DNA of 64,000 bases from Octopus vulgaris (taxonomy: Eukaryota), in NCBI GenBank assembly GCA_951406725.2, contig OX597814.1, positions 32,674,001-32,738,000 of the forward strand, written 5' to 3'. The translations under genes were made by a program, and so were the position numbers. This document shows, one piece after another, positions 13,850-25,524 of this stretch. Below the pieces are notes generated by a model. The model did not search any database. It saw only the letters and a program-made list of their open reading frames with translations, and had not been told where the DNA came from. How positions within the stretch are numbered: the stretch's first letter is position 1; every line of letters starts with the position of its first letter.

Positions 13850-14598
13850 TATGCGCACATGTTTGTAACAAGAATTTGGCTTCCCAAGTACAGCCTCGGA
13901 CGACTACAACCTTGCGCGAAAGGATTCATAGACGGAGACCACTGTGTGTGTGCGTGTGTGTGTTTGTGTGTGTGTGTCTGCGTGCGCGCGCGCACGTTTG
14001 TGTCAGTATTTGTCTTCCTACCTGCCGCATGACAATCGGTGTTGGTGTGCTTTTGTCCCTGTAAACTAGTGGTTCGGCAAAAGATATCGATTAAATAAGT
14101 ATCAGACATAGAAAAGTAAGTATGGGTGTCAATTCGTTCGGCGACAGCCTTTCAAGTCAGTGCCCCCATGTGAAATATATATATATGCATGTATGTATGT
14201 ATGTATGTATGTATGTATGTATGTATGTATGTATGTATGTATGTTTGTATGTATGTATGTATGTATGTATGTATAAGCAGTAGTGATACGATAAAGTCTT
14301 GGGAGCTGAACACAGAGAGGACAAACGAACGAATTAAGTCGATTACACCGACCCCAGTGCGTAACTGGTACTTAATTTATCGACCCCGAAAGGATGAAAG
14401 GCAAAGTCGACCTTGAAAGTAGTTGTATGCTGTCAACTTAACGTGATAGTCCCATGAAGGGAATAATACTATTGATATTTAGCCCTAGGAAGCAGCTCCA
14501 CTTCCTGTCAGCCTTGACACATTTCTTGTGTATATGTGTGCATATGTGTGTGTGTGTGTGTGCATGTGTGTTGTGTGTGTGTGTGTTGTGTGTGTGTG

Positions 14599-14635
<37 letters not shown>

Positions 14636-15439
14636 ACGCACGTAATAGATGAACTTAGAAACTTAGAAATAAAGTCAATTTTAATTTCCGATGGAACTCG
14701 AAGTACATGTAGTTATAAAATTTTTAATATAAAGCATTGGATTTTTTTTTTAAATGATAAAAATCTCCATGAAGGTAAAAATATCGAAAGCTGTTCGTGA
14801 ATAGGCTTTTTTTTTATTTCCTAATCAAAGGGACTTTATCTTCTCCGAGTCCGACCACAAAATATAATTTACTATAATTCTCTCGAAGCTTCCAAATTAT
14901 AGTGTGCACATATATTGTTCTCGCTGATAAGATCAAAACTTCTAGTTTGGATTGAGTGAGTTCGAAGAGTTACCTTCGTATATTGGTTACTCAGTTTCTT
15001 AGTGTTAGAAGAGAAATAGGTTCGTGTCCTCTGTGTAGCCTTCCAATTATTTTTCTGTCGGAGGCGTTTGGTTTTTGATCCAATATTCTATTTATACGTT
15101 TAGTTATTTCGAGTTCTAACGTAAAAGCTATTTTTGCATGTATGTGTTTATACGTATATACACAATAATTTTTTTTTACTTCTACACATAGATAAATAGG
15201 AATTGAGGCCACACCGATTTCTTATTTCAATGTATGTTTGAAGCTATTAACTGAATTTACTGAATGCTAAATATCTCCAGCTGAGCTTCCTTTCGTTACA
15301 AGGCAAAGGTTGGTTTCCAGAACTACCCAACCTATTCAGAACCAAGGAATACTTTAGCCTGAAGAATTCTTGACACCACTGCTCCAGAAGTAGGCACACA
15401 ACTGAGGCACTCCTGCAAAGAATAGCTCTTGACCATCAG

Positions 15440-15690
15440 CAGTATGGCTTTCTTAGGTATCATAGAAAAAATACGATTGATTGTCAGCGACTTAAACACC
15501 AGACACGCTGTATCATTACTTAACCTCTTCCAAAGCTACTACAAATGTCTCTTCTCTTTAACGCTCACTATTTGAAGTTCATTTTCCACTTAAGTTCACA
15601 CGACCTACTACTGTTCTCTCCTCTCAGCATGGCCACTGTATCTCGACACCCATGACACGCACTAACCACTTCCCAAACATCTGGAACTAA
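15440..15690 (+). pseudogene. Degenerate CR1/L2-group LINE 3' end
   Basis: Reads ..TRHAVSLLNLFQSYYK.. and ttcccaaacatctggaac, resembling HRR.V.SL.LFY.YY...FP...LWN. Confidence 0.45.
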
Positions 15691-15976
15691 CTTGCAAATG
15701 TCAAGTGGGAGATGCTCACGCCGTACATCAAATCTATCTGTCTAATCAGTGGCCGGGGCATGTGACGATCATATTGGCAGCTCAACTGGTGCTTCTTTTC
15801 TCGATCGAGAAAGGATGAAAGGCAAAGTCAACTTCGGTGGAATTTCAACTAAGAACGTAAAGACGGATGAAATGCCAACTTACCACTCTTTACTCTTTTA
15901 CTTGTTTCAGTCATTTGACTCTGGCCATGCTGGAGCACCGCCTTTAGTCGAGCAAATCGACCCCAGGACTTATTCT

Positions 15977-17114
15977 GGATCTTTTCATTTGTGAAGCCAG
16001 TTTTTTCAAATTTTTCCTACTGAACAAAACAATTTGAAACTTCGTATACTGGTAGAATGTGTTAAAAGTAAACTTAATTGTAAACCAGAATGAAAACGGA
16101 ATTGTAACTTCTAAGTTTAACATTGTTTAATAATTAGAATTTTAACCAATGGTATTCCGTCTTTCGGCTTCATATTATTTACTCCGTCTCGACCACCAAT
16201 TTGGTGACGTAGTAAACATATGGTATGTAAACAAAACAATAACGATGAAATTTTTTACTCGGTGTATGTGTATATGTATGAATGTATGTATGTATGAATG
16301 TATGTATGTATGTATGTATGTATCTATGTATGTGTGTGTGTGTGTATGTGTGTGTATGTATGTGTGTGTATGTATGTATGTATGTATGTATGTATGTATG
16401 GCCGATTCGGTGTTTAGTTTTTTCGAGTGAATACTCGGTGTATGTGTATCTGTATGTATGTGTGTGCATGTGTGTGTATGTATCTATGTATGTGTGTGTG
16501 TGTGTGTCTGTATGTGTGTATGTATGTGTGTGTGTGTATGTATGTATGTATGGCCGATTCAGTGTTTAGTTTTTTCGAGTGAATACTCGGTGTATGTGTA
16601 TCTGTATGTATGTGTGTGTGTGTGTATGTATCTATGTATGTATGTGTGTATGTATGTGTGTGTGTGTATGTATCTATGTATGTATGTGTATGTATGTGTA
16701 TGTATGTGTGTGTGTGTGTATCTATGTGTGTGTGTGTCACACATGTATGTATGGCCGATTCAGTGTTTAGTTTTTTCGAGTGAATACTCGGTGTATGTGT
16801 ATCTGTATGTTTGTGTGTGTATGTGTATGTATCTATGTATGTTAGCCTCAAATGTGCACAGTTGCCTACGTCACAAAACTGCTTTCTACGTCACACTAAC
16901 AGAATGCAGTAACGTATTAAATATGAAAAAAAGCAATCTCATTGGTTAAAATTCGCAGTTTTAATCTACGATTAAAGTCATAAAATAGATTTTTCTCAAA
17001 TAAACTAGTTCCAACCTGTGTCTTGTTTTGAAACACTGTACCAGCATACGAAGTTTCAAATTATTTAGTTAAGTAGAAAGATCTGGGCTCCTGGCCACAC
17101 AATTGAAAAGATCC
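15977..17114. mobile_element. Non-autonomous TIR DNA transposon, 8-bp TSD (Merlin- or MULE-like)
   Basis: Termini ggatcttttcatttgtg / cacaattgaaaagatcc (16/17 match). Sub-terminal inverted similarity (tttgaaacttcgtatactggta / taccagcatacgaagtttcaaa; ttttaaccaatg / cattggttaaaa). TSD cttattct at 15969-15976 and 17115-17122. Confidence 0.85.
16400..16793 (+). repeat. Three 41-bp conserved units separated by microsatellite spacers
   Basis: ggccgattc(g/a)gtgtttagttttttcgagtgaatactcggtg at 16400, 16552 and 16753. Confidence 0.92.
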
Positions 17115-17238
17115 CTTATTCTTTGTAAGCCTAGTACTTATTCTATCGGTCTTTTTGCCAAACCGCTAAGTTACGGGGACGTAAACACACCAGCATCGGT
17201 TGTCAAGCGATGTTACTGGGACAAACACAGACACACAA

Positions 17239-17305
<67 letters not shown>

Positions 17306-18019
17306 CGACGGGCTTCTTTCAGTTTCCGTCTACCAAATCCACTCACAAGGCTATAGTAGAAAACACTTGCCCAAGGTGCCATGCAGTAGGACTGAACCCG
17401 GAACCAACAACAATAATGATAATGATAATTCTTTCTTCTATTGGCACAAGGCCTGAAATGTTGGAGGACGGGGCTAGGTGACTACATCGACCCCAACGTT
17501 CAGCTTGTACTATATTATTGACCTCGAGAAGATGACAGTCGACATCGTGAGCGAATTTGAGCTCCGAACATGAAAACGGACGAAATACCGGTAAGCATGT
17601 TTTCTGCCGTTTTAAAGGTTCCACCAAATCTCCAACTAAACAATAATGATAATAAATTACTACTTTGAATCTGGTAAAATTAATTTCCAAACAACCCAAG
17701 GAGACCCCATCGGATAAAGGCCCATAGCTTCGGATATATTAACTCACCTAACGTAATAAACCCAGCTTCTGCTATCAAGAAACCTAAATCTTCCGAAAAG
17801 AAAAAAGTTGTTATAAAGACGGGTTGAAGAGGGAGCGTCCACGTGGTTGCTTGACTTGCTGTATATACTAACCAAGTTTTCTCCATCCCACTCTGCTGTT
17901 TTGTTTTTCACATTTTTGGATTTTTTTTATCAGTTTGTTCTGGCGTCACGCAATACCCATGCTCATGGCTGATTTGCGAGTGTGAAGAGATTGATATCTA
18001 ACTATCTGCTTAAAATATT

Positions 18020-18831
18020 ATTTTCTACTCAAGGCACAAGGCCCGAAATTTTGGGAGAGAATACAAGTCGATTACATCGACCCCAGTACAGCGATTGATA
18101 TTTAATTAATCAACCCCGAAAGGATGAAAGGCAAAGTCGACCTCGGCGGAATTTGAACTCAGGACGTAAAGACAGACGAAATAACGCAAAGCATTTCACC
18201 TGACGTGCTAACGTTTCTGCCAGCTCGCCGCCATATCTGCTTAAAATATTGTTTTCTACACTAGGTACGAGGTCCGAAATTTTGGGAGAGGGACCCAGTC
18301 GATTAGATCGACTCCAATACGCAACTGGTACTTAATTTATTGACCCCGAAAAGATGAAAGGCAAAGTCGACCTCGGCGGAATTTGAACTCAGAACGCAAA
18401 GACAGACGAAATACCTATTTCTTTACTACCTACAAGTGGCTAAACACAGAGGAGACAAACAAGGACAGACAAACAGATTAAGTCGATTATATCAACCCCA
18501 GTGCGTAACAGGTACTTAATTTATCGAGCCCGAAAAGATGAAAGGCAAATTCGACCTCGGCGGAATTTGAACTCAGAACGTACAGACAGACGAAATACTT
18601 ATTTCATTACTACCCACAAGGGGCTAAACACAGAGAGGACAAACAAGGACAGACAGACGGATTAAGTCGATCATATCGACCCCAGTGCGTAACTGGTAGT
18701 TAATTTATCGACCCCGAAAGGATGAAAGGCAAAGTCGACCTCGGCGGAATTTGAACTCACAACGTAACGGCAGACGAAATACCGCTAAGCATTTCGCCCC
18801 GCATGCTAACCTTTCTGCCAGATCGCCGCCA
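18020..18831 (-). mobile_element. Tandem array of four family-A SINE units
   Basis: Four core copies. The 17-mer tatctgcttaaaatatt occurs at 18003, 18234 and 18832. Confidence 0.92.
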
Positions 18832-19059
18832 TATCTGCTTAAAATATTGCGAAATCAATGACTGCAGGAAGACATGAGTATGTTGGGTGTATATGAGTGA
18901 GTACGGAAAAGTACCTGGCTTTAAGGGTATCACGAAAGGCCTGGTTGGAGGCCCAGCACTTCGAGTTCTCTGTAAATGTGTAGTATTTATGCTGAATAAA
19001 ATTATAACTGATCCACCAGTATTTTCTTTTACCCAAAGCCAGGAGCATGTCAGTTTTTC

Positions 19060-19300
19060 CTCGTAGATTCCAGAAAACTGTTTTTCGGGAAAGAAGCGAC
19101 TGTACGTAATAACCGCAGGTCTTGTTAATGTGCAGATTTTACAAAACACGGGTGGTGAATGGAGGAAAGACAAGGGAGACAAGAGAGTATCAAGGAAGAG
19201 AAATGAGACCAGCCATCTTCGAAGTGTGGAGGCTATAATAGAAGCTAGAGAAATGATAGAGAGAAGAGACAACACGTCTGTGAAGCGGAGGCCATTGCTT
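19060..19300 (-). pseudogene. Degenerate CR1/L2-group LINE 3' end
   Basis: Minus strand reads ..PLHRRVVSSL.. and, across a frameshift, ..RFFP...WNL. Confidence 0.4.
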
Positions 19301-19604
19301 GTCTTTGAGTTACTTTATGCCAGTCAATTATGTGTTATCCACTTCACACTAGACCTTTTATTTGTTCCAGTCATAAAACTGCAGCCATGCTGGGGCACCG
19401 CATTGAAAGGTCTTGTCGAACAAATTGACCCCCAGCACTTATGCTTTTGAAGTCTGGCACATATTCTGTCGGTCTTTTTCTCCGAACCGCTTAGGTAGGT
19501 GGACATAAACAAACCAGCATCGGTCGTCAAGCGATGGTGTGAGAGAGTCATACATATAATACATACATATAATACATACGAACAAAAATATTTACACATG
19601 TGTT

Positions 19605-19636
<32 letters not shown>

Positions 19637-19638
19637 AT

Positions 19639-19779
19639 TGCAACCAAGTGTGGCGTCCTATACGGGACAATGCTACTAGCGTTTACAGCTCCAGGAAGAC
19701 ATCTCTTCCTGCTGGCTAGCGACACACATTCTGTGTCCGATTATTATTTCTAAGGGGAGGTCATCGCTCCTATCCCTAG

Positions 19780-19780
<1 letters not shown>
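19639..19780. other. Short hairpin-rich insert between (TA)n arrays
   Basis: Hairpins gtcc/ggac, caggaaga/tcttcctg and gacaca/tgtgtc. Related to 24170-24350. Confidence 0.55.
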
Positions 19781-19831
<51 letters not shown>

Positions 19832-19970
19832 AAAAAGGAGATGTCGAACACGAGTGGTGATATATAAAAAAGGAAATGAAGAAAATGCTGACAAATAATT
19901 GAAGTAATTTAAGTAATTTAATTAGGTGAAAGTTCTATTTACCGGTTGCGCATTTGTTATGCTTATCAAA

Positions 19971-20032
<62 letters not shown>

Positions 20033-20034
<2 letters not shown>

Positions 20035-20322
20035 AATGTAATATGTGACAATTATTCGGTAGCCATGATAAAACTCCGAGTTTCGGTTGCCGAGGTTGAA
20101 TTCCACGCCGCCATTTTACCCCATTACTTAGCGGTCATTCAAATAGCTCTTTTGTCTTAATATCGGTCAATCACAGTAATTTCCCTTTTTATAACGTTCA
20201 TTTTTCATAGTATTTTTCTGATGGCCGGATAACTGTAGAGATGGCGGCGTGGATTTCCACCTCGGCATCCGAAACTCGGAGTTTTATCATGGCTACCCAA
20301 TAATTGTCACATATTACATTTA
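20033..20322. repeat. 82-bp inverted repeat (78/82) inside a (TA)n-flanked insert
   Basis: Arms at 20033-20114 and 20241-20322. Confidence 0.93.
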
Positions 20323-20390
20323 TAGATAAATTCCTCTATTTACATGATATAGAGGTCTCTTTCATTCCTTTGTTGTCTTACCATTTTTAT

Positions 20391-20449
<59 letters not shown>

Positions 20450-21003
20450 ACGTGCTTCAGTCGGGACTGAACGAGAAATCACGTGGATGCCAAGCAAGTT
20501 TCTTAACCACACGGCTATACCTATGTTTACCTCAAAAGAGGAAGGATACGTTTTATGATACAATCCTAGATACTCTGAAACTGACACTCCGACAACTTCA
20601 ACGACGAGGATAGCTGTTGATCCGATCAACGGAACAGCCCGCTCGTGAAATTAACGTGCAAGTGGCTGACACGTATTAACAGTGTATGACATGGCTGACC
20701 CAAATTTTGCGTGAAATAAAGTGTCTTTCTCAAGGACATTTCGCGCCACCAGGTATTGAACTCTCAACCTTACGATCGTGAGGTGAATATCCAAACCACT
20801 CAGCCGCGCGCCTTCACGTAGAGATACACAATATGAGAATGAATAGGGACACGATTGAAAGTCTGTCGTTTTATACCTGTTGCCAGTCAGATGCCAAACC
20901 AACACTCAACATATTCAACATTTATAAGATTAACTATAAAATCAACTAACATTCTTTACACTCACATCATATAAGATATTATCTGGTATCCATGTCCGTG
21001 TAT

Positions 21004-21255
21004 GGAGGCGCAATGGCCCAGTGGTTTGGGCAGCGGACTCGCGGTCGGAAGATCGCAGTTTCGATTCCCAGGCCGGGCGTTGTGTGTGTTTATTGAGCGA
21101 AAACACCTAAAGCTTCACGAGGCTCCGGCAGCGGGTGGTGGGGACCCCTGTGGTACTCTTTCGCTACAACTTTCTCTCACTCTCTCTTCCTGTTTCTTGA
21201 TTAACGCTGCGATGGACTGGCGTCCCGTCCAGCTGGGGAGGGGGGCATACGCCAT
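21004..21255 (+). mobile_element. Family-C SINE (tRNA head, V-domain-like tail)
   Basis: ggaggcgcaatggcccagtgg A-box, gtttcgattccc B-box, gcgatggactggcgtcccgtccag tail. Confidence 0.85.
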
Positions 21256-21765
21256 CTATAGGGTGTGGTTTTTGGATTTACGGAAGATCTAGCTGCCATT
21301 TTAACATGTCGAGCAATGGAATACAGGCTTCCAAGTTGGCTCGATCATATCCTTGTAAACAAATATACTGAAGAAAACTTGTTAAATTGATTACAAAATA
21401 AAACCTGCTGCATCACAGAGATTAAAGGCGTCAATTAACCTTCAATAAACCACAGATTGAAGAGGTGATATATGACGTGTATCCGTAAGACAATAAAAAA
21501 GTCGACTTCTACAAAATATATCTTCATATTCCATCAGACATAAATGAGTGGCCATAGGCAAAATTATATAAGAAGATGAAATAATTTAACAATCTAGAAA
21601 AAGGATCCACGTAAATTTTAGTTGATTTAAGTTAAATATCTATATTATATTTATACATGTGTATGTGTGTATATGTGTATATGTATAAATATGCAAATAC
21701 ACACACTATGTCTTTACTTTTATTTTTCTGCCTTTTATTTCTCTTCTCTCTCATTCTTTGTATGT

Positions 21766-21797
<32 letters not shown>

Positions 21798-22068
21798 ACA
21801 TGTATGTATAATAATGAGAAAAAAGAAACAAAGAGAATGCGTATCTGCCTATAGTACTTTTCGAAGTAAAATACAGAAAACAGAATTATTTGCTTTCCGA
21901 ATTACAACAAAAGCTGTTTGGAAATCAATATGTCCGTATTTCTGGATACTAGAGTGTAACCATGGAACGGAAGTAATGACAAGCACGAAATATATATACT
22001 CTTATGTAGCAGGATCTAGTGCAAAAATGTGTTTATGTACACACACATACACATATACACGCACACAA

Positions 22069-22454
22069 GGAGGAGCATTCCGTCGGTTGCGACGATGAGG
22101 GTCCCAGCTGATACGATCAACAGAACAGCTTGCTCGTGATATTAACGTGCAAGTGGCTGAGCACTCCACAGACACGTGTACCCTTAACGTAGTTCGCGAG
22201 GCGATTCAGCGTGACACAGAGTGTGACAAGGCTGGCCCTTTGAAATACAGGTACAAGAGAAACAGGAAGAAAGAGCGAGAGAAAGTTGTGGTGAAAGAGT
22301 ACAGCAGGGTTCACCACTACCTCCTGCCGGAGCATCGTGGAGCTTTAGGTGTTTTCGCTCAATAAACACTCACAATGCCCGGTCTGGGAATCGAAACCGC
22401 GATCCTCCGACCGCGAGTCCGCTGCCCTAACCACTGGGACATTGCGCCTCCACT
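22069..22454 (-). mobile_element. Family-C SINE with Nin/Deu-like tail, full length
   Basis: Same head as 21004 but with a cacttgcacgttaat..cacgagc tail. TSD cacgcacacaa at 22058-22068 and 22455-22465. Confidence 0.9.
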
Positions 22455-22559
22455 CACGCACACAAACACTCACGCACACACACATACATAATTATTCATC
22501 AGCGGCTTCCAAAGTGAAGCGGGCTAAAATCAGTGCAATCTGTCATAATGTTGTTCATT

Positions 22560-22700
22560 CTTCGTTTCCAAAGACGACAATGAGCCCTGGATTTCGCTGA
22601 ACTTGGATGGAGTTAGAGCTGTACCAAACTACCAGCCTCACTTTCTCGTATCTGACTTCCGGTACCAGCGAAAAAAATGCAGTCGAGATTACAACAAGAG
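22560..22700 (-). pseudogene. Possible CR1 LINE C-terminal relic
   Basis: LVPEVRYEKVRL...SIQVQRNPGLIVVF weakly resembles CR1 LVP.L..YEERL...SL.RRR.RGDLI.VF. Confidence 0.25.
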
Positions 22701-23462
22701 ATAATTCAAACAAGTTGAAGTATGACAAGCTAAGCCTAAGTGTCTCACTTGTGCTCAGAGAAAGCGTCCAACACCGACTTTCCTGGATATCGCCTTTCAC
22801 ATTTTTATTTCCACATTAATTTCTCAACAGACACGTCGACAGTCTTCTGAAAACAATAGATCCTTTAGAATATCTTCTACATTTTTGTACAACGAAGTTT
22901 AAAAGGTTGTATACGTATGTATGTAGAGACTCATAGGCGAAAATTAGATAGATTTAAGCATACATTCACACACTCCTACATACACGCAACCATTTATACT
23001 TCGGCTTAAATGGTTGTCTGTATGTATGCATAATGGTTGTGTATTGTTGTGTATGGTTGTGTATTGTTGTGTATTGTTGTGTATGTGTATTGTTGTGCAT
23101 ACACAACCATACACGAGGATAGCTGTTGATCCGATCAACGGAACAGCCTGCTCGTGAAATTAACGTGCAAGTGGCTGAGAACACCACAGACACGTATTAA
23201 CAGTGTATGACATGGCTGACCCAAATTTTGCGGTTGTGTGGACAGAAGCAAACATGGCTGATCAACTGCTATCCTTGTGTATGGTTGTTTATATATATAA
23301 TTATAAAATAAGGACTTATGGACTTATTTCTACATGATCGGTAAGTTGAACTGTGAACTTTTATGCATCTTTTTTCCTCTCTTTTTTCATCTCCTTATTC
23401 CTTTACTCCTGTCCTCTATGTCGTCATTTCCTTTAACTATACCCTTCTCATTTTCCCTATGA

Positions 23463-23518
23463 GTCTCCGATGTCGGAATGTCCCATAGTGTGGGATATCC
23501 CAGAAACAGCTGTAAGAC
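23463..23518 (+). ncRNA. Penelope-type type I hammerhead ribozyme motif (core variant or decayed)
   Basis: gtct-CCGATGT-c-ggaatgtccca-tagtg-tgggatatcc-ca-GAAA-cagctg-TA-agac: stem I gtct/agac, 10-bp stem II, palindromic stem III. Two deviations from CTGANGA. Confidence 0.65.
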
Positions 23519-23751
23519 GTTGAACCTTTTTTCTAATAATAATAATAATGTATATGATTTGAAATGTTTGCTTTACCTTAACGTTTCCTGTCCTCTTTTA
23601 ACAATTATATATCCACTATGTTGGAAATCTGCAATGGCTCCATAACTATCATCTCGGCTAGTTATGGAACCCTAGTTATACGTTGCAGTACTTACCCAGC
23701 CTATCTAATCGTTTACATCACCTGTGAGCTAAACCCACATATTTTGTATAA

Positions 23752-24145
23752 TCTTTATATATAAAAGTAAGGTTCTGTGTCTGTCTCCTACGATTTAGAT
23801 TCCTAACTACTCCCACATTTTGCGGTGCAGTTTAACAAATTCGGGTATCTTATAGTCGTGATTCATATCGAGCTCTTCTGGGTATTAGCGCGCGTCTACG
23901 ATGAGTGTACGATTTTAAATATTAATTTACCATCATCTTTTTTCCATTTTAATGCATTTTTTCGCTATTATATAAGGGAAGTAACTCTCTAAAAATGTCT
24001 ACGATGAGTCAACGATTTAAAAAAAATTTACCCTCATTTTTTCCATTTTTAATGCATTTTTTGCTATTTTTTGGCTATAACTCTCTAAAAATGCTTTATA
24101 GTTATTTCCCTTACAAACCCGAGCAACGCCGGGCGATACTGCTAG
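23752..24145 (+). mobile_element. Non-autonomous Helitron
   Basis: A|TC 5' end (tctttatatataaaag), hairpin cccgagcaacgccggg (24118-24133), CTAG|T 3' end, no TSD. Internal ~100-bp tandem duplication. Confidence 0.9.
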
Positions 24146-24374
24146 TTATATATATATAAAGTATAATTTAATTGCCAATACAATATGACTGTCATGTAAG
24201 GGGAGTTGTTAATGTGTATTAAGCCCCAAGAAACACCGTTTCTAGCTGGCTATACGACACATTATCTGTGTCCATATATTTTCGAACCGGGAATTCAGCA
24301 GCCCTGCCCAGCACAAAACAACATCCGTGGACAGTAACAACGTCCCCTACAGGACAGCCATATTATGTTGGCAA

Positions 24375-24560
24375 TTTACTGTGTGAATATATGTGTGTGT
24401 ATGTAAAGGGGGTATGTGAATATGTGTGTGTGTGCGTGTGCGCGCAATGGAAGTGGGATGGTTAACATTCAACGCTGAAATGAAAAATCAAACAGCGTTT
24501 CAACTCTGTGTGAGTTTATCTGTGTGTATGTAAAATGGAGGTATGTAAATGTTTGCGCGC

Positions 24561-24610
<50 letters not shown>

Positions 24611-24683
24611 ATGCGCAATGGAAGTGGGATGGTGAACATTCAATGCTGAAAAGAAAAAATCAAAAAGCGTTTCAACTCTGTGT
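24375..24683 (+). repeat. Two-copy ~171-bp tandem duplication with internal (GT)n
   Basis: gcgcaatggaagtgggatgg...gcgtttcaactctgtgt at 24442 and 24613. Confidence 0.9.
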
Positions 24684-24820
24684 ATTTGGTATTTATTTGC
24701 CAGCTCCCGTATTTAGTCACGGCCAGCTTTATGTGACCTTAAGTCGGAGATGAAGGAAGGAAAACTTGAAAATTCTTTTGAAGGAAGCAAGCAGTCAAAG
24801 GATGTTAGTTGCGGATCTAC

Positions 24821-24871
<51 letters not shown>

Positions 24872-25311
24872 GAGAGAGAGATAGAGAGGGGGAGAGAGAG
24901 TCATACATATATGCGTGTATCCGCATATGTGCATATATATATATATATATAAATTTACACATACACATATAGAAATATTTGTGTATGTATGTCCACATGC
25001 ACGCACACACCCACACATATACACACAAACACACACACACACTCACACATATTTATATATCTATACGTACATAAAACGCGCCTAACAAAGTTCCCGTCTT
25101 CCATATTCCAGTCACAAGGAATGTGGATTATCACAGTTGACACTTGCTCACGGTGACGTTTAAGCAGGATCGAATCTGGACCAACGTGACGGTAATGCGA
25201 ACGTCTACACGTATAAGAATCTCTGTGTGGCCATTTATCCGTACAGCTATGTGCGCGCCTGCGTACGCTCGCGCCTATATACGCCTGCGTATGCAAATGT
25301 ATATATATATG

Positions 25312-25524
25312 TTTCTTTACTACCCACAAGGGGCTAAACATAGCGGGGACAAACAAGGACAGACAAACGAATTTAAGTCGATTATATCGACCCCAGTGCG
25401 TAACTGGTACTTAATTTATCGACCCCGAGAGAATGAAAGGCAAAGTCGACCTCGGCGGAATTTGAACTCAGAACGTAGCGGCAGACGAAATACGGCTACG
25501 CATTTCGCCCGGCGTGCTAACGTT

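Larger units (their letters stand above)
15886..17404 (-). mobile_element. Family-B SINE split by a DNA transposon
   Basis: 15886-15976 and 17123-17404 rejoin into contiguous family-B sequence (..ccccaggacttattct|ttgtaagcctagtac..). Confidence 0.88.

Noticed and set aside
16400-16793. CRISPR-like repeat-spacer layout
   Set aside because: Spacers are 110-160-bp microsatellites, no cas genes are present, the context is eukaryotic, and it lies inside a TIR element.
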